The notes beneath the pieces are model-generated. The model worked only from the letters and a program-made list of their open reading frames with translations. It ran no database searches and was not told the DNA's origin. Positions 36,002 to 47,953 of a stretch of DNA of 64,000 bases are shown here, piece by piece. Source of the DNA: Gekko japonicus (taxonomy: Eukaryota); NCBI RefSeq assembly GCF_001447785.1, contig NW_015160214.1, positions 135,993 through 199,992 on the forward strand, read 5' to 3'. The translations under genes were made by a program, and so were the position numbers. How positions within the stretch are numbered: position 1 is the stretch's first letter; every line of letters begins with the position of its first letter.

Positions 36002-37793
36002 TCAGTGTGGTATCCACCAGGACTCCAAGATCTCTCTCCTGGTCAGTTACCACCAGTTCGGACCCCATCAACATATATTTATAGTTAGGGTTTTTTTGCT
36101 CCAAGGTGCATTACTTTGCATTTGCCCACACTGAACTGCCTTTGCCATGCTGACACCCACTTGTCCACCCTTGACAGATCCCTCTGGAGTGCCTCACAGC
36201 CCTCCCTAGTTCTCACCACCCCAAACAACTTAATGTCATCTGCAAACCTGGTGTCATCATGGGTCAGTTTAGGCTCCACGTGAAATCCTCAGGGGAGGAT
36301 TATTCAGGAGAAGGGGAGCCACGCATGGCTGGCTCTTTCAGCAGAAGCCAATAAACAGGCAGATGAGCTGCAGGCTGACCAAGACTCACCACTAACCACC
36401 CAGCTCTGATGCAGCCGTTGAAACTCAGTTGATTAAGACCAGTCCACCAGGCTCACCTCCACCCTTCAAGTGCTGGAGACAGAAGCTTAGAAGAGAGCTG
36501 CAAACAAGGAAGCAGAGTGCACATCTCCTGGCCCGTTGCTAGCTGATGACAGCCTGGTGCAGTTGCAGCAGTACTCCCAAGCAGCTGGCTGCTAACAAGG
36601 GCTTGTTAGGAAGTGCCTATAAAACCGAATGCTGGGAGTCTGCATTTTGTGGAAAGGATACCTGGCATATGTGGTTGAAAGTACTCCTGGTAGGCCTGGG
36701 GAAGACCCGAGGCTAACATAATGCCAGGTGGGTAACCTTTTTGGCCTGAGAGCGGGGGGGGGGGTCTGGGGGGATGCAGCTTCTAAACCAGCTGTGAATA
36801 TGTTGGTATGCCAGTAAACAAAATGCCAGGGATGGGTTGTACCTGAAGACACAGCTGGAACAAGCCAATCCCCAGTGGTGCTGCCAGCATCTCAGAGATT
36901 CACCTGGGACATGGCTGTATAGCTACAGGAAGCAATGATGGGCAATAAGCCATACCTATTGGCTTTTCCCACCCTGCTGGCCCCAGGAATGCTGCCAGTG
37001 CCTGTTGACTGGGCAGAGATCTGACCTTGGGTGCCAAGCAAAAGGTCCGGTGTGCCGCTGTCAGTGTCAGCACACATGCCAAGGATTACCTACCCCAATG
37101 TGATACAGAGTTAGTTCCTTATAAGGGAGCTCATTTCCTTTAAGTACCCCATTGTGCATCACAGTTCAGCTGGCATGCAGGAATTGTTCCATTTTTTTTT
37201 CTAACCTCCCCCCCCCCCCTACGTGCAAAGGCTCAGTTCTCTTACATAACTGGTAAACGAGATGTGAGACCAAAGAATAAAGAAGAAGGATAAGCAATTT
37301 GAAGAGCAGTGGGTTGGGGACATCTCACTCGTGTCCTCAAACACACCCAGAGACTTCTCACCACCTTCTTTGACAGACATTTCCCCCCAGTCTGGCATGG
37401 TGCAAAGTGTTGTAATCCTCCCACCCCAGTTCATGCTGGTCCCATGTACAGACATGCTCTGGGATTCCCGTGCTCCTAACTTAATCCCCAGGTGTGCAGT
37501 GTCATGAACAGGACTGGGACTGCAGTGTGTGTGTGTGGGGGGGCTTAGAGCTTTTACTCCTTTGTTGTTTTCCCAACCTGAAATGGATCCAGGGAGATGC
37601 TATTGGCCCCTATGGGGAACAGGGCTGCCAGTCCCCAGGTCCCAGTGGGCGTTCCCCCAGTTTTGGGGGCTTCTGCCTGCTGCCAGCCAGCTCCCCCCCC
37701 CTCCCCCAAACAGCCATGTCCGGACGCAATGTCCCCAATGCAATGATGTCACCCAGAAAAGACCATAAAGTTTTGCCCTTAAACCAGAGCATC

Positions 37794-38558
37794 NNNNNNN
37801 NNNNNNNNNNNNNNNNNNNNNNNNNNNNNNNNNNNNNNNNNNNNNNNNNNNNNNNNNNNNNNNNNNNNNNNNNNNNNNNNNNNNNNNNNNNNNNNNNNNN
37901 NNNNNNNNNNNNNNNNNNNNNNNNNNNNNNNNNNNNNNNNNNNNNNNNNNNNNNNNNNNNNNNNNNNNNNNNNNNNNNNNNNNNNNNNNNNNNNNNNNNN
38001 NNNNNNNNNNNNNNNNNNNNNNNNNNNNNNNNNNNNNNNNNNNNNNNNNNNNNNNNNNNNNNNNNNNNNNNNNNNNNNNNNNNNNNNNNNNNNNNNNNNN
38101 NNNNNNNNNNNNNNNNNNNNNNNNNNNNNNNNNNNNNNNNNNNNNNNNNNNNNNNNNNNNNNNNNNNNNNNNNNNNNNNNNNNNNNNNNNNNNNNNNNNN
38201 NNNNNNNNNNNNNNNNNNNNNNNNNNNNNNNNNNNNNNNNNNNNNNNNNNNNNNNNNNNNNNNNNNNNNNNNNNNNNNNNNNNNNNNNNNNNNNNNNNNN
38301 NNNNNNNNNNNNNNNNNNNNNNNNNNNNNNNNNNNNNNNNNNNNNNNNNNNNNNNNNNNNNNNNNNNNNNNNNNNNNNNNNNNNNNNNNNNNNNNNNNNN
38401 NNNNNNNNNNNNNNNNNNNNNNNNNNNNNNNNNNNNNNNNNNNNNNNNNNNNNNNNNNNNNNNNNNNNNNNNNNNNNNNNNNNNNNNNNNNNNNNNNNNN
38501 NNNNNNNNNNNNNNNNNNNNNNNNNNNNNNNNNNNNNNNNNNNNNNNNNNNNNNNNNN
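37794..38558. other. Assembly gap (N run); a second short gap at 39351-39368
   Basis: N characters. Confidence 1.
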
Positions 38559-39196
38559 CTCCTGCTCTTGCGCTTGCTCTCTGCTCCTGCTCTCTCTGCT
38601 TGTTTTATTGCACCTGAAATGCAGCCCTTGAGGGACAAAGAACTGGCTTTGTGAATTGGACCACATGGTTGAGCAAAGATGGATTTTGCCTTCGAAATCC
38701 CGACTATTTTGGACTGTTTTGGACTGTGGAATGGTCCTGAAGTGGTAATTATGTATCTCTTACTGTGTAGTTAAGGCAAATCGTCTTAGGCTTTGTTATT
38801 TTGTAATCTTTTGTAGTCTGTTGCTATGCTCTGTACTGAATAAACATTAGTCTTATTTCTAAATGGTCTCTGATGTTGTACCTGAATTCCAAGGCTAAAT
38901 CGTGTTACCTAAACGCTCATCATATACGCTACTATTGGAGAGTAAAAAGTGTGCATCTCTATATTGAGTTGCTAATGTGTTAAGTCCCAGAGGCCAGCTA
39001 AGAGTTTGAACCTCTGCTCTTAGGCTGAGCGGGGGACCCCAGTTGATGAGGTTCTGGTGGCAAACTGTTCTGAAATCCAGAGAGGGTGTAGCCTACCTCT
39101 TAGGTTGTTGTTTAATGTAGTGCAAAAGTACAGGATTACCTCTCACCCCTGGACTGGCTTGAGGGGCTTAATCCTGTACACTCCCCTCTGAAACAA
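38559..39196 (+). mobile_element. LTR-like 3' half emerging from the gap
   Basis: AATAAA near 38839, TG-rich U5-like sequence, ends ...CTGAAACA; family not identified. Confidence 0.35.
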
Positions 39197-39881
39197 TATC
39201 TGATCGGTTTCTCTTCCCCCTTCAGGTCATCTTTCTTTTGCCATTCCTCCTCCAAGATCTTTTCTCATTGTCTCCTTCATTAACCCCCTAACCCCAATCT
39301 TAGAAAATTGCCTGTGCCGCCCTAACCTGGCTTGTCACTTTGCCATTTCCNNNNNNNNNNNNNNNNNNTCATTCCTGCTTTTCTAATCTTCTCAATTCTT
39401 CTCTTGGGGCCCTTGCTGGTTTATGCACCCCCAAAGCTCCAGCTTTTCCCTTGATTGCTTTCTGCATTTCCTAATTCCTCCCTTGCCCTGTCTCACTCCC
39501 ACATATTCATTCATCAAACTTTAAATGACAACCATTTACTCTCAGCAAATTCTTCATTTCTTTCTTTTCCCTCCTGTTCACTTTTAATCAGTCCCCCTCT
39601 GCCCAGACGGGCTCCAGGCTGGACTTCAAGAGCCTTGGACGCTCGGCTCCTTTATCAGTTCTGATTAGATTACTAATAAACAAATGGCTGCATACACCTG
39701 AACCTCACATCCTTCACATGAATGAATCCTTCCCAGCACTGAAGTTGTCTGCACTTGTGTCAAATTGGATTGCTTTAAGCTTACCGGCTCTCTGATCAAT
39801 TCATGTTGTTAACTAATAGTGTCATTAATTAATATATACTATGCACTTCTATATATTAATATATACAATGCACTTCATATA

Positions 39882-40229
39882 GGGCTGCGGTGGCTCAAGT
39901 GGTTAAGATGCTGAACTGCAGACCGGAAGGTTGGTAATTCAGCAGATCGCGACCCGAGTGCTGCATGATGGAGCAAGCTCCCGTCTCTGGCCCCAGCTCC
40001 TGCCAACCTAGCAGTTCAAAAGCAAGAAACTGCAAGTAGAGAAATAGGGACCGCTTCGGTGGGAAGGTAACAGTGTTCCGTGCACCTCGGCGTCTAGTCA
40101 TGCTGGCCACATGACCATGGCAATGTCTTTGGACAGTGCCGGCTCTTCGGCTTGGAAACGGAGATGAGCACCAGACCCTAGAGTCGGATTTGAGTGGCTT
40201 TCGAGCAAGGGAAACCTTTACCATTACCT
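39882..40229 (+). mobile_element. Sauria SINE, full length
   Basis: Same head, core and tail as 11960; TSD ATGCACTTCATATA. Confidence 0.9.
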
Positions 40230-41681
40230 ATGCACTTCATATATTGTAACATTCCCCCAGCAGTGCTTGTAGCATTCCCCCAGGAGTGCTTATGTTGGCA
40301 GTTTGAAAGGCAAAGGACTAAGAGAGAGGCTGAAACCCATCCAGAGAATCCAGGAGGGAGATGAAGAAACCAGCCTCCCAGGTACAAGACTACATTCCCA
40401 CAAACAAAGCTGTAGTGATTATGGTATAATGATTAGTGTGCTGGGCTTGGCCCAGGGAGATATGGATTTAAATCCTCACTTACTGTGATGCTTGTGGGGA
40501 ACTTTAGCTAGCCATTTTCTAGCAAAACCTACCTCACAAGGTTGTTGTGAAGATGGATTGAGACAATTTTCTTTGGGGGACTCTCATCACAGCCTATACA
40601 TCAATACACAGGGAAGGCCTCTGTTTCAGATTTGAAAATTTACCTCAGAATTCAGAGTCTGAGTGCTGTAAATTTGTTGGTCTCTCTGGGTGTTTTGGAA
40701 GGCATTGCATATGACACCTTATACATTGTCAAACACTATTGAATACAAAACACTGCTTCGTGCTACGGATCAAACGCTATCAGCTATTAAACTTCCTTAC
40801 AAGCAGGGTTGGGCTGAGGGGAAGATGACCCAAGCAACTTCCTGGGGCACTGGGCTTTGAGGTGCCTGTCACGGGCGCTCTGCTTAAAAAATCAAATCCG
40901 GAAACCAGTCATATAACCTGAGCGAACTGATCTTCCTTGATAAAGCAGGCAGTGCCATTTAAAACTGGCCCATCCAGTGCTGGTGCCCAGTTCAATCTCT
41001 TGATGATGGTATGGTTTGTTTTCAAAATTAAAATGCTGCTGCAAGATTAGAAGAAAACAATGTTTTCTTGCTGACCTATGGCATGAATAAATACAGATCT
41101 GAAGTCATGAAGTTGCATTCTACGGAGTCAGAACATTAATCTATCAAAGTTGGTTTCATCTACTCTGTATGGCAGTGGCTTTCCAGGCCAAGCTCTTTCC
41201 ACAGGGGCAGAGGCAGGGGCCATGGCTCAGGGGCAGAGCATCAGCTGGGCATGCAGAAGGTTCCAGGTTCAACCCAGGCATCTCCAGTTAGTCGTAGGTG
41301 GTGTGGAAAGTCCTCTGCCTGAGACTCTGGAGAGCCGCTGCGAGTCTAAGTAGACAATACTCAACACTGATGGACCAATAGTCTGATTCAGTAGAAGGCA
41401 GCTTCATGTGTCTTTACATCACCCAACGACCTGATCTTTTGAACTGGAGATGCCAGAGATTGAACCTGGGACCTACTGCATGAGATTCTCTGGCGCAGTC
41501 CCTTCCCTAGTTTATAGATCCTAGTGTGGAAATATACTATGTGACAGGGCTAAATCAGGAGGAAGAGGGGGAGGGGGAGGAAAGAACTGGTTTTATACCC
41601 CGCTTTTTACTCCCCAAAGGTAGTCTCAGAGTGACTTACCATCACCTTCCCTTCCTCTCCCCACAACAAGCACCTTGTGAG

Positions 41682-41887
41682 CAGTGTTCCCTCTAAGCTG
41701 AGTTTGTGTGAGCTAGCTCACAGTTCTTTAGCCTCTGGCTCACACATTTTTGTCTTAGCTCGGGAAGGATGGCTCCAGAGCAAACTAATTTATGCAGCAG
41801 CCCAATCGCTTGCTCACAACTTTAATGCCAGTGGCTCACAAAGTAGAATTTTTGCTCACGAGACTCCACAGCTTGGAGGGAACATTG
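41682..41887. mobile_element. hAT MITE family A (opposite orientation) nested in a Squam3-like SINE (~41568-41999)
   Basis: TSD CTTGTGAG. Confidence 0.9.
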
Positions 41888-42393
41888 CTTGTGAGGTAGG
41901 TGGGGCTCAGAGAGTTCTGAGAGAGCTGTGACTGACCCAAGGTCACCCAGCTGGCTGCATATGAAGGAGTGGGGAAACCCGGTTCTCCAGATTAGAGTCA
42001 TGAAGTCGTGAAATAGGCTGGAAATCTGATTCTTAAAAATAAGGTGAAGAAGTGGAGGGTGCTGGGGATGCTGATGGCACTCCTGGCCTAGGGTGCCATT
42101 TGATCTAGAGCCAGCCTGGCTTGCATCTCACCTGTCATGTACAGCCAAATAATATTGCATGCTAGCCATCCTAGTCCTGTTGTACACAAAATGGCTCTTG
42201 TATGTCAGCCACCATATACCATCAAATATTGAAAGCAACCCTCATGGAATGTCATACACAGATCAAATATTAGGGGAGAAATAAGAAAAGATTCCGCATC
42301 AGACGTTTTGGGAGTGTATTTGTTTCTGCTCCTGTTCTAGCATGAACACATGGCAGATGAGCATGGTGGTGGTTACAAGCACATGTCACTCAC

Positions 42394-42553
42394 CCACAGA
42401 CAGTGCGCAGCTCCTGGGCCTGGGTCCTTTCATCTTCATCCTCTTCCTCTTCGAAGCCAGCCATGTTTTCCCCTAGTCTTAAGATGCAGTCAGAGAAGCC
42501 TTGGTAAATGTTTTCACATGGAGTTTCTGCAGCCAAAGACTTGAGCAGAGAAG
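42394..42553 (-). CDS. Neuritin-like protein, exon 2 (ASLLKSLAAETPCENIYQGFSDCILRLGENMAGFEEEEDEDERTQAQELRTVCG)
   Basis: Acceptor TTTCCATTTACAG|CT, donor GG|GTGAGT, 160 nt, phases 1/2; matches NRN1 [20 protein letters not shown]...KTVC. Confidence 0.95.
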
Positions 42554-43406
42554 CTGTAAATGGAAATAGGATTCATGTAACTTGCTGATGGAAAATCTCT
42601 GAGCAGCTTCATCACCAGATTCCCTAGGGGGTCATACAAGGCCAAAGTTGGTTCCCGGTTCCTTATCTGCTTGCGGGTCGTGTATATTTACCAAAGAGCC
42701 AGTGCAACGTCATCAACATTACAGACCTGTTCCCCACTTAGCCATCAAGTTCACTGGGCAGCCAATCACGTTTCTGAGTCAAAGCTGCCTCACAACGTTG
42801 TTGTGAAGATAAAATGGGGGGGGGGGGTGTTCACTGTCTCCAACTCCAGAAAAGAAGAGCAGGATAACGATGTGGTTAGTAAATATAAATGTGGGTGAAT
42901 TCAGCTCAATAATTCATTGCCCCAGTTTGCAAAGAGCCTCACCTATTTAGCCCCACATCTCCCACCCCCAGGATTTCCTGGGCCTTTAACAGAGATGCTT
43001 GAGATGGAAAAATTCAGTGGGAGAAGTTTTCCCCATCCTTTAATGTCCATATTGGGGAGGGGGGGGAGACTCACTAAAGTTGAGACTGCTGGTAGCTGTT
43101 AACGACACAGTACTCCTGCCAGGGGAAAAGTTGGCAACCCCACATATGGCAATCAACCCCCCCCCCCCATCAAAGCAGAAAGAAGAGAGAATATGGCATA
43201 TTATTGATAAGAGACGAGCGTTATAGAGAAGGTTAAAATCTGCAAGGGGGAACTAGCCATTTGGGCCCTAGAAACTTTGCTACTGCCGACTTTCCCCTGG
43301 GATGAAACCCTGGCTGGGGGGCACCAGCCTGACCCCCCTGGAGCACCCCGCCCAGCCGAGCCGTCCGAAAGGCTCCTCCCCTGGGGGTCGCCTGGCTCGC
43401 ACTTAC

Positions 43407-43449
43407 CCAGCGCCAGGAGCAGCAGCGCCGTGCCCGGTCCCTGGGCCAT
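43407..43449 (-). CDS. Neuritin-like protein, exon 1 (MAQGPGTALLLLAL, signal peptide)
   Basis: Strong Kozak AGGATGG, donor G|GTAAGT, phase 1, in a CpG island; 43+160+217 = 420 nt = 139 aa + stop. Confidence 0.9.
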
Positions 43450-44100
43450 CCTGCTCAGGGGTTCAGGCGGGACTCCACCCCCCTCCGCCAGCCCATTTCT
43501 CTGAACAGGGCAGGCGCCTCGCCAGCTCCCCTCTCTGCTCCGGACGGGCAACGAAGCGCAGGCGAGCCGTCGGGTAAGCTCGAGGGAAGAGATCGACGAC
43601 GACGGGTCTGGCGTCCCCAGGAGTCCACGCAGCTTGGGCGGGGGCGCTCCTCTCTCGGGTCCCCTGGCCCCGGGGGGGGGGGGGGGGGCGGTTCTCTGCC
43701 TAGTTGCGCCTCCGCGTTCCTTTCCAGCTCCGCGGAGCGTGTCTGCGCCACGAAGAAGGTGGTTCAGTCCAGGGAGGAGTCGCCGGACTCGGGCAGAACC
43801 AGGTGTTTCTGTGGCAGATGGGCGAGGTGCTACGGGGGTGTCCTTGCAGGAGTAAAGAAGAATGTGACGGGTGGGGAGGGAACCCTGGATCAAGCAGGGC
43901 TCGTACACGAAACGTGCGCTTCTAAGCCAGATCCGTGCAGTTCTCAGGGGGATTCTGTGCAGCTCCGAATCAGATGAAGAAAGAAGATCAAGAGAAACCA
44001 AGTGTCTGTTCAACAAACCAACTGAAGTTTCCGGGCACTTCTCAAGGACTTGTCGCAGGGTGCCTTTTCTGTAGTGACCCCATGACGTGGAATGCCCTCT
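43450..44100 (-). promoter_or_regulatory. CpG island: 5' UTR and promoter of the neuritin-like gene
   Basis: High GC and CpG; overlapping GC-box/EGR site GGGCGGGGGCG (43636-43646); CRE-like TGACGTGG (44083-44090). Confidence 0.7.
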
Positions 44101-44902
44101 CTAGAGAGACGCATTTTAAAAAGTATACTAAGGGCAGCATGCGTTGTTTTTGTTGTTTTTAAATAAGTGTAGAAGTGCGCTAGTGCTTGGATTTTCTGGT
44201 GGGAAAGATTCGTGCAATTGCACTATTTGGGAGACAAAAAACTGCATATATTTACCCTCTCAGATGCACCCATAACAGTTGAGGGAGAGGGGAAGGGAGG
44301 ATTGTCACACTGTGCTATTCTGCAGCAGCACTGTGCATGTTGTGTGTGGTTTTTTTTTAAGGGGGTGGAGGAGAATCGTTATGTCACAAGGGCAGCATCG
44401 AAGAGTGGCTACAATCCGCATCTTGTGTGAAAGGGAAACCGTGGCTAATAACAGGGCAAAACCACATTAGCCTGTGTTGTGTGGAATCTCCACTGCAAGC
44501 ACAAATTGCCCAACAATCGCACTGGCAGCACGACCACCACAGAAAACATGGAAGCATTTGCATATTTTCTCCCATGTATGCTGCTGCTTATAAATGTCAC
44601 AGAATGTGACTCTAAGCAACAAAGCATATGCACTCTCACAAAGGAAGATTTACAGCGGTGTTATAGTGGTATATGCTGTGTGCACAACTGAGGATCATAC
44701 ATCACGTTGCAGTTCTAAAATTGTCTTCAGGAAAACCTTTGCACTCGAGGCTTTGAAAGATGGAGAACTGGGGCACATTCTTCAAACCACTGGCCTTCCT
44801 TAGTTTATTTTGGCCACGGTCCAGCTAAAGTTGAGCTGTTTCAGACTCCATTGATCTTGTTGGAAGAGATTTGTTTAAACATGTGCTTAAAATCAATGGT
44901 AT

Positions 44903-45180
44903 TGAGAGCCAGTTTGGTGTAGTGGTTAAATGTGCGGACTCTAATCCGGGAGAACCGGGTTTGACTCCCCACTCCTCCACTTGCAGCTGCTGGATGACCT
45001 TGGGCAAGCCATAGTTCTGTCAGAGCTGTCCTTGAAAGAGCAGTTTCTGTCAGAGCTCTCTCAGCCCCACCCACCTCACAGGGTGTCTGTTGTGGGGAGG
45101 GGAAGGGAAAGGAGTTTGTAAGCCGCTCTGAGACTCGAAGTGAAGGGTGGGGTATAAATCCAATCTCTTTTCTTCTTCTT
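44903..45180 (+). mobile_element. Squam3-like SINE, full length
   Basis: GAGAGCCAGTTTGGTGTAGTGGTTAA head to ATAAATCCAATCTC(TTC)n tail. Confidence 0.9.
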
Positions 45181-46969
45181 AAAAGTGCTTACCTTTGGTT
45201 AGGTTGTGTCCTTTGACTGCTCTTTTTGCCCTCATAATCAGGGTTGGCTAACTTAAAGCATGATACCGATGACTGAAAAAAGTACAGCTTCACACAGCCC
45301 ATCATTCATTTATGGATTAATGGGATTTCTTAACTCATGGATCTACTGGAATGATAGTAGATTTCTTCTTCTTGTGGAGTATGACTTTCTCACCTCCCGT
45401 ATCCCACTGCAGCCTCCCCCCCCCCCAATGTTGCTCATGAGGGTCTCCTGTCCCCCAGTAGGAGCATTGGGGGACATTTTTTGCTTAAGTTGGATGGGGA
45501 GGCAAGAAAGCCATACTCCATGGGCAGAAATCTTTCCATCCAAGGAAATGCTCCAGTGTATCCAAGCCACAGTATACATTCGTGGAGGAGAGGTCTGTCA
45601 TGGGCTTGATGCTATAAATGGAAATTCGTTGGAGTTTCAAGTTGCTACACTTCAGTCATTACAGAGTTAAATGTTGTTTGTCAGGAAACAGGATGTTGTG
45701 TTACATAATGTATTCCACGGCGGGAAAGTTTGAGGGAGTTGCTTAGTCTAATGAAGTGACCTGTAGCCTTTGTATTGGTCAGCTAACAACTTGTTTGTGG
45801 AAATGCTTTGATCTAGCATTAATGTATTCACAAGCTTTTATGGCCCTTTGTGTGAAGCACAGGAAGCGCTCTCTTGTAGCCGCTGAGTAGATGGGAAGAT
45901 GTAGCCGTTAGTGAGTAGAGCTGAAAAGTAACTGTAAGCATGTAATCTTGTGTTTTATTTCTTTTTATCCAAAGTACCCTACCCATGTTTTGTTTTGTAG
46001 TAAAGATATTTTCTTTTAACTAGTGTGACTCTTGTGTTTGCAAAACGACCATCGATCTCGAATCTCAGAATCCCTAACAAAATTTCATGTTCAGTGACAT
46101 GGCACTTACCTCTGAATACAAAATGCTGGGGACCCATAACTACTGTCCTGCTTGTAGTCTTCTCATATGCATCTGCTTGACTGTTGTGGGAAACAAGATG
46201 CTGGACTAGATGGGCCTTGGTGAGATCCAACAAGGTTCTTTTTATGGTCTTATTAATAGAATTCCTAATCTTCTTATTGAGAGTAGGCTTAAAAGAAGTG
46301 ATTGGGAGGACTGTAGAGATGGCAGAACTAGGGTGTGGTGGAACTATTCCAGATTAATTAAACCAGAAGTTTTTTTTAAAGTATGTTGCAGTGATTGCAC
46401 ATTCTGCGTAAGAGCATTAAGTCAAGGATTATTTCTACAGCCGGAGATCTTGAACTTCCTCCTCTCCTTTTCATACATAGTGGTTCCTTCTGAAGTAGTG
46501 TTGGCAGTTGTTGTTGTTTTAATTGGCCCCTAATTCCTGTGGTTCTGACTGCTTGATCTGATGAAACTGGCAGGAGATAAATACATTCTGTGGCTTCTCC
46601 ATGTAGGAAGAAGCTTCATTTGCTCATTTCTGAGCTGCTCCTAAAAGCTCAAGACCTTGCCAAGATAGTGTTTTCCTGATCAGCTGGCAATTCTGTTCTG
46701 AGTTTGCTTTCGCATGAAGCATTTTGAGGTGCTTGGGGTCTGTGTACGGCTGCTTTTGTGACATCTCCCACCTGTGTGTGGGAGAGAAACCAATTGTACA
46801 TTCCATACACAGAAGGTTTTATGACTGCATTGCACAAGGGAGGTACATAAAAAGCACTTTAGTCTCTGACGTGAAAACAGAAACTTTGGCTCCCCAATAG
46901 CAATTTCCACATCAGTAGAAAGCAGGACAGCAATAGGAAGCCACCTCTGCTTCTCACTTGCCTTTAAAA

Positions 46970-47218
46970 TAGGGTTGCCAGGTCCCCCCCCCCGGCCACT
47001 GGTGGGGATGGGGGTATAGGGTAGCCAGAGCCAGGCTGGGAAACCCCTGGAGATTTGGAGGTGAAGCCTGGGGGGGACAGGGACCTCAGAGGGGTACCAT
47101 GCCACAGAGTCCCCCTTCCAAAGCAGCCATTTTCTCCAGGGGAACTGATCTCTGTAGTCTGAAGATGAGATGGAGTTCTGGGGGTTCCCCAGGTCCCACC
47201 TGGCAGCTGGCATCCCTA
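46970..47218. mobile_element. TAGGGTTGCCA-type MITE
   Basis: TAGGGTTGCCAG ... CTGGCATCCCTA. Confidence 0.75.
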
Positions 47219-47346
47219 CTTAAAAACCCCTTGGTGGGGTCACTACAAGTTGACTGCGACTTGATGGCACTCACAGAGAGAGAGAGAGCAGGGAGACTTT
47301 GGGCAGTTTTGCGATACCTATTTGTTACATAACATATTTAACATAA

Positions 47347-47903
47347 GGGGAGCGGTGGCACAGGGGATTTATCCTCTGGTTAAACATCTGAGCTGAACAG
47401 GACTGCTGTCAGTTTGAGCCCCGCACTGGTGTGAGCTACCAGCCGTGTCCCTAGCTCGCCATCCACCCAGCAGTTTGAAAGCTTCAGTGAGTAGATAAAA
47501 TGGGTACCATTCCTTAGAGAGGGTGGGCACACTTAACCCCCTGTTGGGAAAGTGTTAGCCGACAAATGGAAGGTCCGCGCGTAAGATCAAAAGCAGAGAG
47601 AGAAATCTACGCAGCATCAAAAAAGCCTGCAATGGGCCATTCCGGCCAGACGGTGGCAGTGGTGCGCTGCGCCTGAGAAAAATGCTGACGACATCAAGCG
47701 ACGCCGACTAAAGAATGCTGCCAGAACACGTCTGATGCTTACAGCTGACTAAACTCCCTGTCGACTGCGAAGTGTGTGTGATTAAAAATGATATATGTTG
47801 TCCTCCCTTACCTCCATCATTGTTAGTCCCGTGTCAACACATGAGTAACTGTAAATCGCTCAGAGCCAGCAGCTCTGCAAGGATTGAGCGATCAATAAAT
47901 TGA

Positions 47904-47953
<50 letters not shown>
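47347..47953 (+). mobile_element. ~600-bp SINE with Sauria-like head, L2-like tail and (ATT)n end
   Basis: GGGGAGCGGTGGC head, CCCAGCAGTTTGAAAGC core, GTAAATCGCTCAGAGCC...GAGCGATCAATAAAT tail, ATT microsatellite. Confidence 0.6.

Larger units (their letters stand above)
33852..36250 (-). mobile_element. CR1 LINE 3' portion, split by nested insertions
   Basis: RT peptides [55 protein letters not shown]; CR1-type 3' end at ~33852-34038. Confidence 0.85.

Noticed and set aside
37494-38666. Longest ORFs in the track (386, 342, 295 aa)
   Set aside because: Artefacts of translating through the N gap.
30318-43449. Assigning the symbol NRN1 or NRN1L
   Set aside because: Too divergent from the highly conserved NRN1, and the neighbouring genes fit neither locus; needs phylogeny.
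43201-44016. 271-aa minus-strand ORF
   Set aside because: Stop-poor GC-rich island; only the 14 codons MAQGPGTALLLLAL before the GTAAGT donor fit a real gene.
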